41,149 nt of DNA from Trichomonas gallinae. Its lineage: Eukaryota. Position numbers and translations under genes: made by a program. Shown here piece by piece: positions 30,088 to 41,084 of this stretch (within the stretch, counting starts at the first letter, position 1; each line of letters starts with the position of its first letter). The notes beneath the pieces are model-generated. The model was not told where the DNA came from. It made no database searches and saw only the letters and a list, made by a program, of their open reading frames with translations. The stretch spans positions 1 to 41,149 of the forward strand of contig MRSU01002614.1 in NCBI GenBank assembly GCA_008369845.1, read 5' to 3'.

Positions 30088-32058
30088 TTACTTCGATCTT
30101 TTCTTTGATCTCTTCTTCTCTTTGATTTTCTCCAATGGAAGACTTCTTTGATCTGCTGTTGTTCTTGGGCGGATGTTAGCAGGTGTTCCTTCGATTTCGC
30201 CTTTTGTGTTTGGTTTTCTCGCTTTTTCATAAACCGGAGACCAAATCATGTAATTCGGGTTATTTTTAGGAAGCGGAAAGATCTGCTGCCATCCAGATTT
30301 ATCGCTATGGCCAAAAACTTCACCAGTTGGTGAAATATGTTCGAATGTCTCGCATAAAAGTGATTCCTTCAAATCCTTTTCGAAATCTACTGTAACACTC
30401 AGAGAAGGTCTGTCATTTAGCTCCAATACTTGAGGGTCCATGTTGTGGTCAAGCATTATATCTATTCCAAGCACATGGTTGAACCTCTTCTTCAGTGGAA
30501 GTGGAGTTAAGGGACTCTTCTTCTCTTCTTCTTTCTGTTCCTTCTTTTCTTCCTCTTCTTCGAATTTTTCTTCAATTTTCTCTTCAAATGTCTGTTGTTT
30601 AGTTATTTCCTTTTTCTCTTCAAACTTCTCTTCGAACGTTTGTTGGAGCTTCTTTTCTGGCAAATCTTCTATTTTAGTTTCAGGGGATGGTAATCTGTGT
30701 CGTGCTGGCGGAAGAATCAGTTTAGCTTTAAGATTCTGTGATTGAATAACTTTTCCTCCTTTCGTTAAATAATAAGACTTCGGGGATTTTTGTGTCATGG
30801 CCTTGATTTTGCTGGAAGTGAAGTCGTATCGGCGCTGCACAATGAGCGGACCATATTGAGAAATTGGATTAATTTTATAGTTGACAATTGAGCCGACAAC
30901 TAACGGCGAATAGTCTGCTGGGTTGGTTTTATTCCCAAATCCCGGCATAAGGATCATATTTGTCTGATGTTTAACAATATCTGCTTTGACAGATTGTTTA
31001 AATGTAAATTTCTTGTAGTTTCGTTCTGACTTTAACTGCATGTCATATGTATTTGAAAAAATCTGTGGTTTTTCGATTTCAATATAATCATCAATATTTT
31101 CTTCCGGTTTTTCGACTTCTGGCGTCTCCTCTTCGCAGGTGCAGGCTTGCTCTTCTTCTTGAAGGTTTAGATTTGGATGAACTCTGTGTGTCATATAAGG
31201 TTTCATTAATGAGCTCGAATTCATCTTTTTCTTGGGTAAAGAAGCAATAATTTTCGGTAATACACCTATTATAACTGCTCGTGTACAATTACATATCTTT
31301 TCCCAGATTATATCTCGATTATGATGTAGTTTATCGATTAATTGCAAAATTTCTGTTGCTTTTTTGGTAAAAACACTGGCATCAACATTTCCATTTTCAA
31401 CATTAATAGCTGTATTTGTTAAATGCATGAATTTTGCATCTTTATTTGATCGATTCGGCATTTGAAATTGTTCTGAACAAAAACGCGCAATTCCTTCGTT
31501 ATATATGAAGATAGACAAAGGGCTTAATGAAGCAATGAAGACATAAAATCTGAAATCAAATTTCTTTCCATCAATTAAAAATGGATTTACGTATTGTTGA
31601 ATTACACCCTGTACTTTGTTATCTTGTACTTCATGCACAGATTGAACGATTGTAATTCCATTTCCGCAGCATCCGTTTTTTGGTTTTAAAACCCAAGTTG
31701 GAGCGACGCCTGTCCTTCCGCAGATATGCATATGCTCACGCTGAAACTCTGGGAATTCATCTGGTAAAACGAAAGTGCGTGGAAATACTTCATATTGTTG
31801 TGGAAAGAAATTACGAATGTGATTTAAGCAGCGAAAAAGCGTAGATTTGTAACAAATGTAATCCATACCTGGTATTTTACCACAAATTTGGCCAGGATCG
31901 TAATCTAATGCATCATCTGGCCTTAAAATTCCATCAATCCAAACGAATGGAGCATTTTCGTTGTTTTTTACAGGAATTAAACCAGCTTTTTCGATGGCTG
32001 CCTTTCCAGTGTCGTATTTTGCTCGTGTAGCATCAATCTTTATACCAGCATTTCTCAT
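30088..32058 (-). CDS. Tubulin-tyrosine-ligase-like (TTLL) ATP-grasp ligase, probable tubulin polyglutamylase
   Basis: FPRTFVLP, WVLKPKNGCCGNGI, IQQYV, KFDFRFY, EGIARF, HLTN, GIDIMLD, LELNDRPSL. The likely ATG is 32058 (MRNAGIKID); the track's 71-codon extension is AT-rich and promoter-like. Confidence 0.92.
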   Translation of the reverse strand: MRNAGIKIDATRAKYDTGKAAIEKAGLIPVKNNENAPFVWIDGILRPDDALDYDPGQICGKIPGMDYICYKSTLFRCLNHIRNFFPQQYEVFPRTFVLPDEFPEFQREHMHICGRTGVAPTWVLKPKNGCCGNGITIVQSVHEVQDNKVQGVIQQYVNPFLIDGKKFDFRFYVFIASLSPLSIFIYNEGIARFCSEQFQMPNRSNKDAKFMHLTNTAINVENGNVDASVFTKKATEILQLIDKLHHNRDIIWEKICNCTRAVIIGVLPKIIASLPKKKMNSSSLMKPYMTHRVHPNLNLQEEEQACTCEEETPEVEKPEENIDDYIEIEKPQIFSNTYDMQLKSERNYKKFTFKQSVKADIVKHQTNMILMPGFGNKTNPADYSPLVVGSIVNYKINPISQYGPLIVQRRYDFTSSKIKAMTQKSPKSYYLTKGGKVIQSQNLKAKLILPPARHRLPSPETKIEDLPEKKLQQTFEEKFEEKKEITKQQTFEEKIEEKFEEEEEKKEQKEEEKKSPLTPLPLKKRFNHVLGIDIMLDHNMDPQVLELNDRPSLSVTVDFEKDLKESLLCETFEHISPTGEVFGHSDKSGWQQIFPLPKNNPNYMIWSPVYEKARKPNTKGEIEGTPANIRPRTTADQRSLPLEKIKEKKRSKKRSK

Positions 32059-33292
32059 CGAAAAACTAATTTTTTTTCTAACGTTCTTTTTTTCTATAAT
32101 AGGGGCTGAAATAATAATGCAGGGTAATTTTGCAGCGTTATATTCGTTTTGTATTTCGCTCTTGTTAGTTAATATGGTAAGTATAAAAATATTTTCATTG
32201 TATGCATACTCATAAAATCTTATTAGAACGAATGATTTATAAAAAAAATTTATCAATCCGAAAAATATCATTATTTGTCGTAACTTATGATTATAAATGC
32301 ATTTACTTGTGTATAATTAATTGTTCACATAGCTAAAATATCGAATTCATTCATTATGTAAAAAAAATTCAATATTGAATAATTAATCAAAATGATGTTA
32401 TAAGAATGCTACAACAAGTACCAAATCTTTACACTAAATCTAAACATTTTTGATGACTAAAACTCAATGAAATAATGTTCAAACTTTTACAATTTGATAA
32501 TGAACGAAAAAAAGTGGTGGAGAATTTATAAAAGTTTATGGCAAACGACTTTTGCATTAATATAGATAGTTCAGTGCTTTATGATGTGATTCGAAGCAAT
32601 ATGTTAAAAACTTTCGTCAAACAATGATGATTTTTGCAAAATTGAACAATTTGGAGAAGACGATGATATCAAAATTTAACTTGATCATTAAGTTATGTGC
32701 ATCTTATATTTCTTCAGAGAGATATGTATCGATTCTCGCATATTGTTAATAAAATTTTTTTGTCATTTCCTTGATCGAAAATTCATGATTTGCTATAATT
32801 TGAACGCGAAACAAAAGTGAAAAACTTTGGCATTCTTAAAACTCATCTCATATATATTATATTTCACAATCTAATAAGGGAAGTATAAAAATTTCGATGC
32901 TAAAGAAAATTGTAATGTGAAGCTTTTGAATTAGTCAGTCCGTCATAAATAAATAAGCAATATATAGGGGATTTACAATACATAAGGAAAGATTGCTCGA
33001 CAGTTGTCACTTTTCAGTCATTATAGCATCAAATAAACAAAAAGTTGTATCTGCATAGGTAAGATTTCAAAGCTGTAAGGATATGATCAGTTTACTAACG
33101 GGCGTGGCAACTTCATAAAAAGTTAGTTTAAGAATTTCCTTGACAATTTATCGGATTTTCTTATGGATTCAAAAATAATAAAGCTCATTTGAAATATCCC
33201 AAAACTATCTAATAATGGTCCTTTGTAAAATTTTTACCGATAATTCAATTTTTCAAAGTGATAAAATTTTATAACTGAAAAATTTTGAATGA

Positions 33293-33423
33293 AAAGTGAC
33301 TATTTATCTAAAATAATTTAATTTTTTATGTATAAATGGCATTTATAAATGATGAGCCGATAAATTTTGCAAATTATCAAAATTTGAGATATTATTAGAA
33401 AAACTGATCATTTTTATCATTTC
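33293..33423 (+). promoter_or_regulatory. Core promoter: AAAGTGAC plus tandem initiators
   Basis: AAAGTGAC at 33293-33300; TCATTT at 33408 and 33417, just before the ATG at 33424. Confidence 0.55.
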
Positions 33424-33672
33424 ATGTCGCAGATGCAGAATATGAGAAAGACATTGGAAGCTTCAGAAAGTACAAAACAGATTATTGCCGCTGTTGTTCT
33501 CAGCGTAATTACTGTTGTTCTCATTATTGCCATCATTGTTTATCATTGCTGCTGCAAGAAGGACACTCAACCAGAACCACAGACTACCACCAAGAAAGTT
33601 GAAGAATCGTCAGGCGCTGGTGGCGATAATAACGAAGGCGGCTCCGATTCTGGATCGGGTGTTAACGTTTAA
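33424..33672 (+). CDS. Small single-pass membrane protein (82 aa) with juxtamembrane CCC
   Basis: TM helix IIAAVVLSVITVVLIIAIIVY followed by HCCCKK and a Gly/Ser/acidic tail; tandem Inr upstream. Confidence 0.8.
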   Translation: MSQMQNMRKTLEASESTKQIIAAVVLSVITVVLIIAIIVYHCCCKKDTQPEPQTTTKKVEESSGAGGDNNEGGSDSGSGVNV

Positions 33673-34165
33673 ACGTTATTTAATGATTGTACTAAAAGTA
33701 TTATATTAGTGATACATTATGATTTCTATTATTTACCCTGCGTGTTAATTATTACACCGTACATAATTATAAACCAAGATAGTCTCACTTAACGATAGAA
33801 ATTATTCATATTTTCAACCAGTCATATCGATTGTTGATACTCTAAGCCTCAACCTTAAAAATCAAAATATCAAATTGATATCTTGAAAATGCTTTTAAAA
33901 TATGAATGGTTACTATGAGTACGTTATAGTTTTACTGATAATGTTCAGCAATAATCGAAAAATTGAAGAAATATATTCTCGTAAAGCATCTTTATTGTGG
34001 ATATTGATTTATCATGTGATATAGAATTATAATATCATATTTTTAAAGATCAATTTGAGTTTTATTAAAAAATAATTTTCAAAAATGCGTTTTTGTGAGA
34101 AACTGATAAGTAAATTAGATATGTGGGAGTATGAATTATGTGTATTTATAAGAATTTGATCAAAA

Positions 34166-35908
34166 ATGAGTAGCGACAGTAGCGATGAGGATGACTCGCC
34201 ACCAGAGATTATTCCATCGACAAACAGAGGCTCAATACATATATCACATCCTGGTGTGCCACCTCCTGAGCACTATTCTTTCGCAAGTCAAGCGAAACAT
34301 CCTAAATGGCCAGACGATCTCTGGAATACAGGAGTTTTAATATATGATCTCAAAAACAACGTCCGTGGAGCACCAAATTCGTCAAATCCGGGTGATAAAA
34401 CCCTTATTTTCGATTCATTTTTCGAAAGCGGAAATCTTTCTCAAGTTTTCCTCATTGCTCCAGATACTTACCATTGCATTCTTGAATACGACAAGAATAA
34501 GAGCGGATCTTGTCAATGGTTCTATTTTAAAATGCAGAATATAAGGAGCGACACTAAATACACATTTTTCATTTCAGGATTCCATAAGAATACAGGACTT
34601 TTCTCAACAGGAGCGAAAATATTTTGGTACAGTGAGAAGCAATTTCAGAAATTGGGCTACTCATGGTGCCGAGGAGGTACGAATTACGCTTATGGTTTAT
34701 CAAAACACAAAAAGAAAGACAAACGATCAACTTTGCAATTTCAAATACGTTTCCCATATGATAACGATACTGTTTACTTCTGTTACGCGCTTCCATACAC
34801 ATATACCGATTTACTAAATTATATTAATCAATGGCAACGCGTATCTCCATTTGGTTCATTTACAACAGGATCACTAGGAAAGACACTGGGTGGTAGGGAT
34901 TGTCCATATATACAAATTACGTCTCCACAATCAAATATTCCAATAGAAGCTCGTCCATGCCTCTTTTTCACAGGACGAATACATCCAGGTGAGTCCAATG
35001 GCAGTGTTGTTCTCCACGGCCTCATAGATTATCTCGTTTCCAATGCTCCTGGTGCTCAGTATCTTAGAGATAACTATGTGATCAGAATTGTGCCAATGGT
35101 GAACATTGATGGCGTTGTGGAAGGATTCTATAGAATTTCTCTCGGTGGACAGGATTTGAATAGAGTTTGGACGAATCCTGATCCAGTAATTCAGCCGATT
35201 GTTTGTAAAATCAAAGAATTCATTTTCCAGAGCGCAAAAGAGAGAACTATTGCAGCATACATAGACTTCCATGGACACAGCCGCCTCCACGGCACATTCG
35301 CTTACGGCTGCCCGAATGATGACAATCCTATATTGAGAGACAAAGAGAAACTTCTCCCGAGAATGCTAGCATTTTTATGCGACACTTTTTCGTGGTCAAA
35401 CTGCGTTTTTTCGATCCCTCCCGGACGAAAGGCAGCATCACGCATTGTCGTTCGCACACAAGCTGATGTCGTGCAGAGCTTCACAATCGAGACATCATTT
35501 GGTGGAATGCAAAGCGGTCCACGCGCAGGAATTTTGTACGACGAAGTTCTCTGGAAAGAAATCGGCAGCAAATGCGGTGAAGCTTTGTTCCACATGTTCT
35601 TAGGATCAGACTCACCTGTGACATCATACGTTGAGCAGGAGCTGTATTTCTTGTCACCGAATGATACCGATTCAGATGATTCTTCATACGATAACGAAAA
35701 TCAAGTCGCATGCGACTATCAGATTACCCCAACAACCGTAACGAATGAACAGACGTCTGTAGGTAGAAATAAGCCTCCGCAAGGCATGCAGATGCTGAAA
35801 CTCAGCGCGCCAACAAATTTCTTCAATGTTTCCTCTAAAATGATAACAACGACGCCTCCTGAAGTTTGTGCGCCAAAATGGTCACAATTACAATTCACAG
35901 ATCAATAA
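34166..35908 (+). CDS. Cytosolic carboxypeptidase (M14D, CCP/AGBL/Nna1 family), probable tubulin deglutamylase
   Basis: FESGNL, QWFYF, LPYTY, RIHPGE (Zn ligands), NIDGV, DLNR, DFHGHS, and the catalytic Glu in FTIETSF. Confidence 0.93.
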   Translation: MSSDSSDEDDSPPEIIPSTNRGSIHISHPGVPPPEHYSFASQAKHPKWPDDLWNTGVLIYDLKNNVRGAPNSSNPGDKTLIFDSFFESGNLSQVFLIAPDTYHCILEYDKNKSGSCQWFYFKMQNIRSDTKYTFFISGFHKNTGLFSTGAKIFWYSEKQFQKLGYSWCRGGTNYAYGLSKHKKKDKRSTLQFQIRFPYDNDTVYFCYALPYTYTDLLNYINQWQRVSPFGSFTTGSLGKTLGGRDCPYIQITSPQSNIPIEARPCLFFTGRIHPGESNGSVVLHGLIDYLVSNAPGAQYLRDNYVIRIVPMVNIDGVVEGFYRISLGGQDLNRVWTNPDPVIQPIVCKIKEFIFQSAKERTIAAYIDFHGHSRLHGTFAYGCPNDDNPILRDKEKLLPRMLAFLCDTFSWSNCVFSIPPGRKAASRIVVRTQADVVQSFTIETSFGGMQSGPRAGILYDEVLWKEIGSKCGEALFHMFLGSDSPVTSYVEQELYFLSPNDTDSDDSSYDNENQVACDYQITPTTVTNEQTSVGRNKPPQGMQMLKLSAPTNFFNVSSKMITTTPPEVCAPKWSQLQFTDQ

Positions 35909-36063
35909 TAAATACTTGTTTGTTATATGAGTTTTATAAATATTAAAATTTATATGATATATAAAACAATTTATAACATAAAAACAAGTCGAAAGAGTAT
36001 ATAATATAGATAATGGTATTTCTAACTGAAAATCAAAGATTATTTGGATTTGTAATTTCCAAA

Positions 36064-36288
36064 TTATGTATAAAATTTTTCGAAACGTGGATCATTTGGA
36101 TCTACACCTGGTAATTGACTTAATATTGGAACTAAATTATTCCTTTGTGATACAAATCTGCGAATATATTCTGAATCTTCTTGTTCTCGCTTGCTGAGTT
36201 CGATTGCTCGCGCTATTTCAGCTAACTCCTCTTCATTGTATTCAGAATAACCAGGAGTAGTTGAAGCTCGAAATATTCGTGGATACAT
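36064..36288 (-). CDS. 74-aa ubiquitin-interacting-motif protein with an Rpn10-C-terminus-like LPGVDPN motif
   Basis: EEELAEIARAIELSKRE fits the UIM consensus; ILSQLPGVDPNDPRF at the C-terminus. Confidence 0.75.
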   Translation of the reverse strand: MYPRIFRASTTPGYSEYNEEELAEIARAIELSKREQEDSEYIRRFVSQRNNLVPILSQLPGVDPNDPRFEKFYT

Positions 36289-36300
36289 TGTAAAAATATG

Positions 36301-36910
<610 letters not shown>

Positions 36911-37299
36911 ATCCTAATGTTTATTATAGAATGTATAGATTATTTATGTTGTTTAAGATAAAATTTATAGAGCTTTTTTCAATGAATATGAAATTATGTC
37001 ATATTCTAGCATTACATCATAATAGTTTCATAATATTTGTGCACAGCTTATATTTAAAACAAACTGAAGAGTCTAATTTTTATAAAAAATATACTCGAAA
37101 ATATATATTCATCAATTTGCTTATTTTACACATAGATAATCCTTTAATTGATTGTAAACTATAAAACATCAGTATGAATATGAGCTGAATTCAGAAAAAA
37201 AAAAAATATATATAAATATTTCTAAAATTTGACTGAATGATGTAGATATGATAGTTTTGGAAGAAGAATTTTGAATAATTTTCTTCATATTTCCTTAGA

Positions 37300-37986
37300 A
37301 TGGGTCAGAGGAATATCACTGCAAAATATATTCCTCCTAATTTCAACCCATCTGAGGCAACAAAGAGGTCAAAGCCTCAAAATGGACAACATGATGTACG
37401 TTTTATGCTCCCAATGACAATAAAATGTTCGAATTGTGGTTTTTTAATGTCAATGGGAACAAAAGCAAACGCGAGAAAGGAAATTGCATACGACCAGGAT
37501 TATTTGGGTATTACTGTTTATAGGTTCTACATTCATTGCAAAGAATGTTATTCAGAAATTATCATCAAAACAGACCCACAAAACTCAGATTATGCTGTAG
37601 TAGCAGGTGCTACACGACATTTTGAGCCTTGGCGCGAGTTTCAACAAGAGCAAATGCAAGAATTAAAGGCAAAATTACAAGGAAGTCGAATTAATCAAGT
37701 AAAACGAACGTCATATGATAAACTACGAGATGCAAATCAAGCTAGTGAACTAGAAAAGCTCGCACAATTCAGAATGCATCAAAGAAAATTAAAACTCAGC
37801 GATTTAAAGAAAATATATGCGCAGAACTCAGAAGACATACTTGGTCTGTCTGAGGAAGACAAGAAAATAGTCGAAAACTTCACTGAAAAATCAAGAAAAA
37901 TTCCAGAAAAAAAGCAATTGAAAGTTTTACCGCTAGGAAATACAAAGATATGGCAAAACCAAGATATAGAGTTTGATGAAGTATAA
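37300..37986 (+). CDS. YJU2: Splicing factor YJU2/CCDC94 (Cwc16 family)
   Basis: KYIPPNFNP, VRFMLPMTIKCSNC, GTKANARKE, YLGITVYRFYIHCKEC, KTDPQNSDY, GATRHFEPW. Confidence 0.9.
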   Translation: MGQRNITAKYIPPNFNPSEATKRSKPQNGQHDVRFMLPMTIKCSNCGFLMSMGTKANARKEIAYDQDYLGITVYRFYIHCKECYSEIIIKTDPQNSDYAVVAGATRHFEPWREFQQEQMQELKAKLQGSRINQVKRTSYDKLRDANQASELEKLAQFRMHQRKLKLSDLKKIYAQNSEDILGLSEEDKKIVENFTEKSRKIPEKKQLKVLPLGNTKIWQNQDIEFDEV

Positions 37987-38206
37987 ATTACTTCATATAT
38001 TTGAAATTTTCAATATAACTCATACAATTTCACTAGATCTACTGGCAATACAGGAATTGTTTCCTGGCTCAAAAATTGTATAAGTAGTCAACTTATATCA
38101 ATTGATTGTAGATTTTTCGAAATTAAGCGTGATCATGGAGATTCCGTTATTTTGACGAGTAATTCGAAGGACAATGTGCACGAATGTTGTTGTGCAATTG
38201 CTCTAA

Positions 38207-38788
38207 TTAATGAATGGAAGAATTATATTCTTCGAAAGAATTATCGTTAAGAAATTCCATTGCTAAGTCATAAAAGTCAGATGGCTTGTATGTCTTTGGA
38301 AACCTAATCATAGTATATTCGTCATCATTTTGATCACTAAAGTTAATAAATTTTTTCAATTTATTAATACGTTGTATTTCTTCTGGTGTGAGTGTAGGTG
38401 TTTTAGGTTTCTCTGGTTCTGTTTGTTCAGATTCCGAGATATTTTTTTCTTTTGATTTCGATGTTCTTTTTACTGACTTTGGAGATGATTCACTAGAATT
38501 TTCTGATGAATCATTTTGTTTTAATGATTTTTTGCTAGAAGACGATTCTAATTTTTTCATTTTAGCATGTTTTTCTTGTTCACGTTGTGCTTCTCTTTGT
38601 AATTTCATTAGCTCGTCTAAAATTGGCTTGACTTTTTTAGAATAATCATCATTATAAACTCTGCGATACATTTCTTTGTGAATTGTGTCAACATACGAAG
38701 TTGCCTCGTTTTCAATCATTCTGATGCTTCTAAACATGCTTTCTCTAATCATAGTAACTTGTCTAGTAAAGTTATCATCAAGAATCAT
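38207..38788 (-). CDS. Hypothetical coiled-coil, Ser/Lys-rich protein (193 aa)
   Basis: Intact ORF with charged composition; AAAGTGAC on the minus strand at 38845-38852 upstream. Confidence 0.7.
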   Translation of the reverse strand: MILDDNFTRQVTMIRESMFRSIRMIENEATSYVDTIHKEMYRRVYNDDYSKKVKPILDELMKLQREAQREQEKHAKMKKLESSSSKKSLKQNDSSENSSESSPKSVKRTSKSKEKNISESEQTEPEKPKTPTLTPEEIQRINKLKKFINFSDQNDDEYTMIRFPKTYKPSDFYDLAMEFLNDNSFEEYNSSIH

Positions 38789-39650
38789 TATATTTAAAAA
38801 TATAGGGGCTAGAATAATTAAAACGGGTCTATTAATTCAAAAGAGTCACTTTTTAGAAAAAATAATCGTCATTTCATTTATTATTATTTTAAATTTAGAT
38901 GTAATATTGTTAATTGTTTTAATATATTTATAAATCAAAATTTCCATGCTCAAATTTTATATATTAAATTATATTTTTCTATTAATTATATGTAAATTAT
39001 AATTATATGTTAAATCAGAGTCTTTTTACAATGTTAAAATTGGAAAATAATGATTATTTCAAATCGAAATCATGAAAAATACGAAAAATAATCTAAAAAA
39101 TGCATTTTTTTATTCAACATTATAATGATATCTATTTCTGGAAAATAATTATTTATGTGTTTTCGTTATATTCAGTCAAATTGGCACAAATTCATTCAGT
39201 TTAGCCAACTATTTTGAAAAATGAAATTTATTCATAATGTTTTTATATAATTACTAACTATACCACAAGTGCATCTTAGTCCTCCAATTTCTCATGCTTA
39301 AAAGGCTGATCTAGCTCACAAACACAAGTTCTACATCTAGAATTGAAAGTTTTTTCAACCGAAATCGTAACCATCATAATGAATTGAACTCCAGTTTTAT
39401 GACTTTTTTATGAATTTGGAAAAGAACGACATACCAGAAGCATTATTCCCAAAGATGACTATTGCAAGCCACAAAATCATTATAATGATGAATAAGACTT
39501 ATAATTATCCATTAGGAGTTCTAAGATGAGATCAAATCATCAATGAAAGGATTGCTATCACAAATATTTTCATCTAGCTCATCTACAATGACTGGAACAT
39601 ATTGAGAATCGGTCCTTATACAAATTCATAATTTTATTGTAATATTTTTT

Positions 39651-40955
39651 TTAAACATATTGGAAGTAAAGACCGGAGACAAAATAGACATCATTAGTCG
39701 GGAATGTGTGATGTGTCTCTTCGCTGCAACCTTTGTCGAAGGCGACATTGACAACACCACAGCATTCGTACTTCCTCTGTTTCGTCTTAAATCCTGCTAC
39801 AACAGCGTCATGCTCCCATTCACCGTCATCGAATTGCAGCTGCTGTCCGACGTGTTGGCCTGGCGGACAAGGATTCCTGGACGTGCTTAGTTTCTCACAG
39901 ATTGGGCATGTGTAAATGCAGATCTTGTTCCAGGCTTCCCTGAGGGTTTCCTCGAATTTCTTTCGCTGTCCAACACCAGGCTCAGACTGCAAACCGAAGA
40001 GCTGGAACTGTCTGTTCTTTGATGGATAAAGGGGCTGGTCCATCTCCTTGCAAATAGCAATGTCTGTGTCGTTTTCAGCATCTATTGTGTGAGCCTGCTT
40101 GAAATTATAATTCAAAACTTCATTGAACGTGCAAATGAACTTTTGGCAGTGGTTAAACATGTTAAGAGCAAACTTGACTTGATCGTGGATTGTTTTGGCC
40201 GGAATCTTGCAATATTCAGCGAAAGATAATTCAACTTGTTTTCCATTAAAGTAGAATAAGACGGGAAGCTCGGCATAGAGCATAAGTGTGTATATCTTTC
40301 TTTCTGTAAAGAAGTCTTTGTTTGTCATCGCTTTTTCTATTTTAGATTGATTTGTTGCTAAACATTCTATTAAGTAAATAGCTGTTGTAATGTCGATTTT
40401 TGTAACGAATTCGGTGAATTTGGTGATTTTTGGAATACTTTCCTTGTAAAGAAGAAGAGATTGGCATAAATCAGTACGAAATTCAGGAATATCAACAGGA
40501 GAGACGTAATTTTCAGGTCCAATTGGCTTTGGAAGTGCCATACATAGATATTTGTATGCACGAAGCTTCCTATGTGGATCTATTAAGTCATAAATTGCAT
40601 CGAAAAGGTCTTTATCATCTATATCTGAAATGGGCTCGTTAATCCTGAATTTGGTATCTCCATAACGTCCACCGATGGAGTAATTGACGGAATAACTGAA
40701 TTGTTTGTTTCCGATATTGAATCTGCCCAATTGCTCACATCCAATACTGAATTTTGTACCACCACTGAGAATTGATACGATTTCAGCAATGAGAGGAGGG
40801 ATTTTCATCGTAATAAATTGAGAATCGCGAGTATGTTCGAAATGAAGGTAATTTCTGTTCTTTTCGTATATAACTTGTGCCTTCTCCATGTCAAGGCGCT
40901 TCTCGAATGAGATTCTGTTCTGTTCTGGCGTAAGATTAGGATTTTGATATTCCAT
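39651..40955 (-). CDS. Hypothetical protein (434 aa) with a C-terminal Cys/His putative zinc-binding domain
   Basis: CPIC...NPC...QHVG...YECCG...KGC...HH, similar in pattern to CHORD/Btk-type zinc modules (inference). Confidence 0.75.
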   Translation of the reverse strand: MEYQNPNLTPEQNRISFEKRLDMEKAQVIYEKNRNYLHFEHTRDSQFITMKIPPLIAEIVSILSGGTKFSIGCEQLGRFNIGNKQFSYSVNYSIGGRYGDTKFRINEPISDIDDKDLFDAIYDLIDPHRKLRAYKYLCMALPKPIGPENYVSPVDIPEFRTDLCQSLLLYKESIPKITKFTEFVTKIDITTAIYLIECLATNQSKIEKAMTNKDFFTERKIYTLMLYAELPVLFYFNGKQVELSFAEYCKIPAKTIHDQVKFALNMFNHCQKFICTFNEVLNYNFKQAHTIDAENDTDIAICKEMDQPLYPSKNRQFQLFGLQSEPGVGQRKKFEETLREAWNKICIYTCPICEKLSTSRNPCPPGQHVGQQLQFDDGEWEHDAVVAGFKTKQRKYECCGVVNVAFDKGCSEETHHTFPTNDVYFVSGLYFQYV

Positions 40956-41069
40956 TTATTTTTTTGCTTGCGAAATCTCTATCGTCGTAACAAAATAAAT
41001 ATAAAATACATAATCTACACATGACATAGATCTTAAATATATAGAAATTTGTAGAAAAAGAAATATTTT

Positions 41070-41084
41070 AAAAAAAGAAAAAAA
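41070..41084 (-). terminator. RNA polymerase III oligo(T) terminator
   Basis: TTTTTTTCTTTTTTT on the minus strand immediately 3' of the tRNA discriminator. Confidence 0.75.

Noticed and set aside
32059..32271. 71-codon N-terminal extension of the TTLL ORF
   Set aside because: Very AT-rich and promoter-like; TTLL-like sequence begins at the ATG at 32058.
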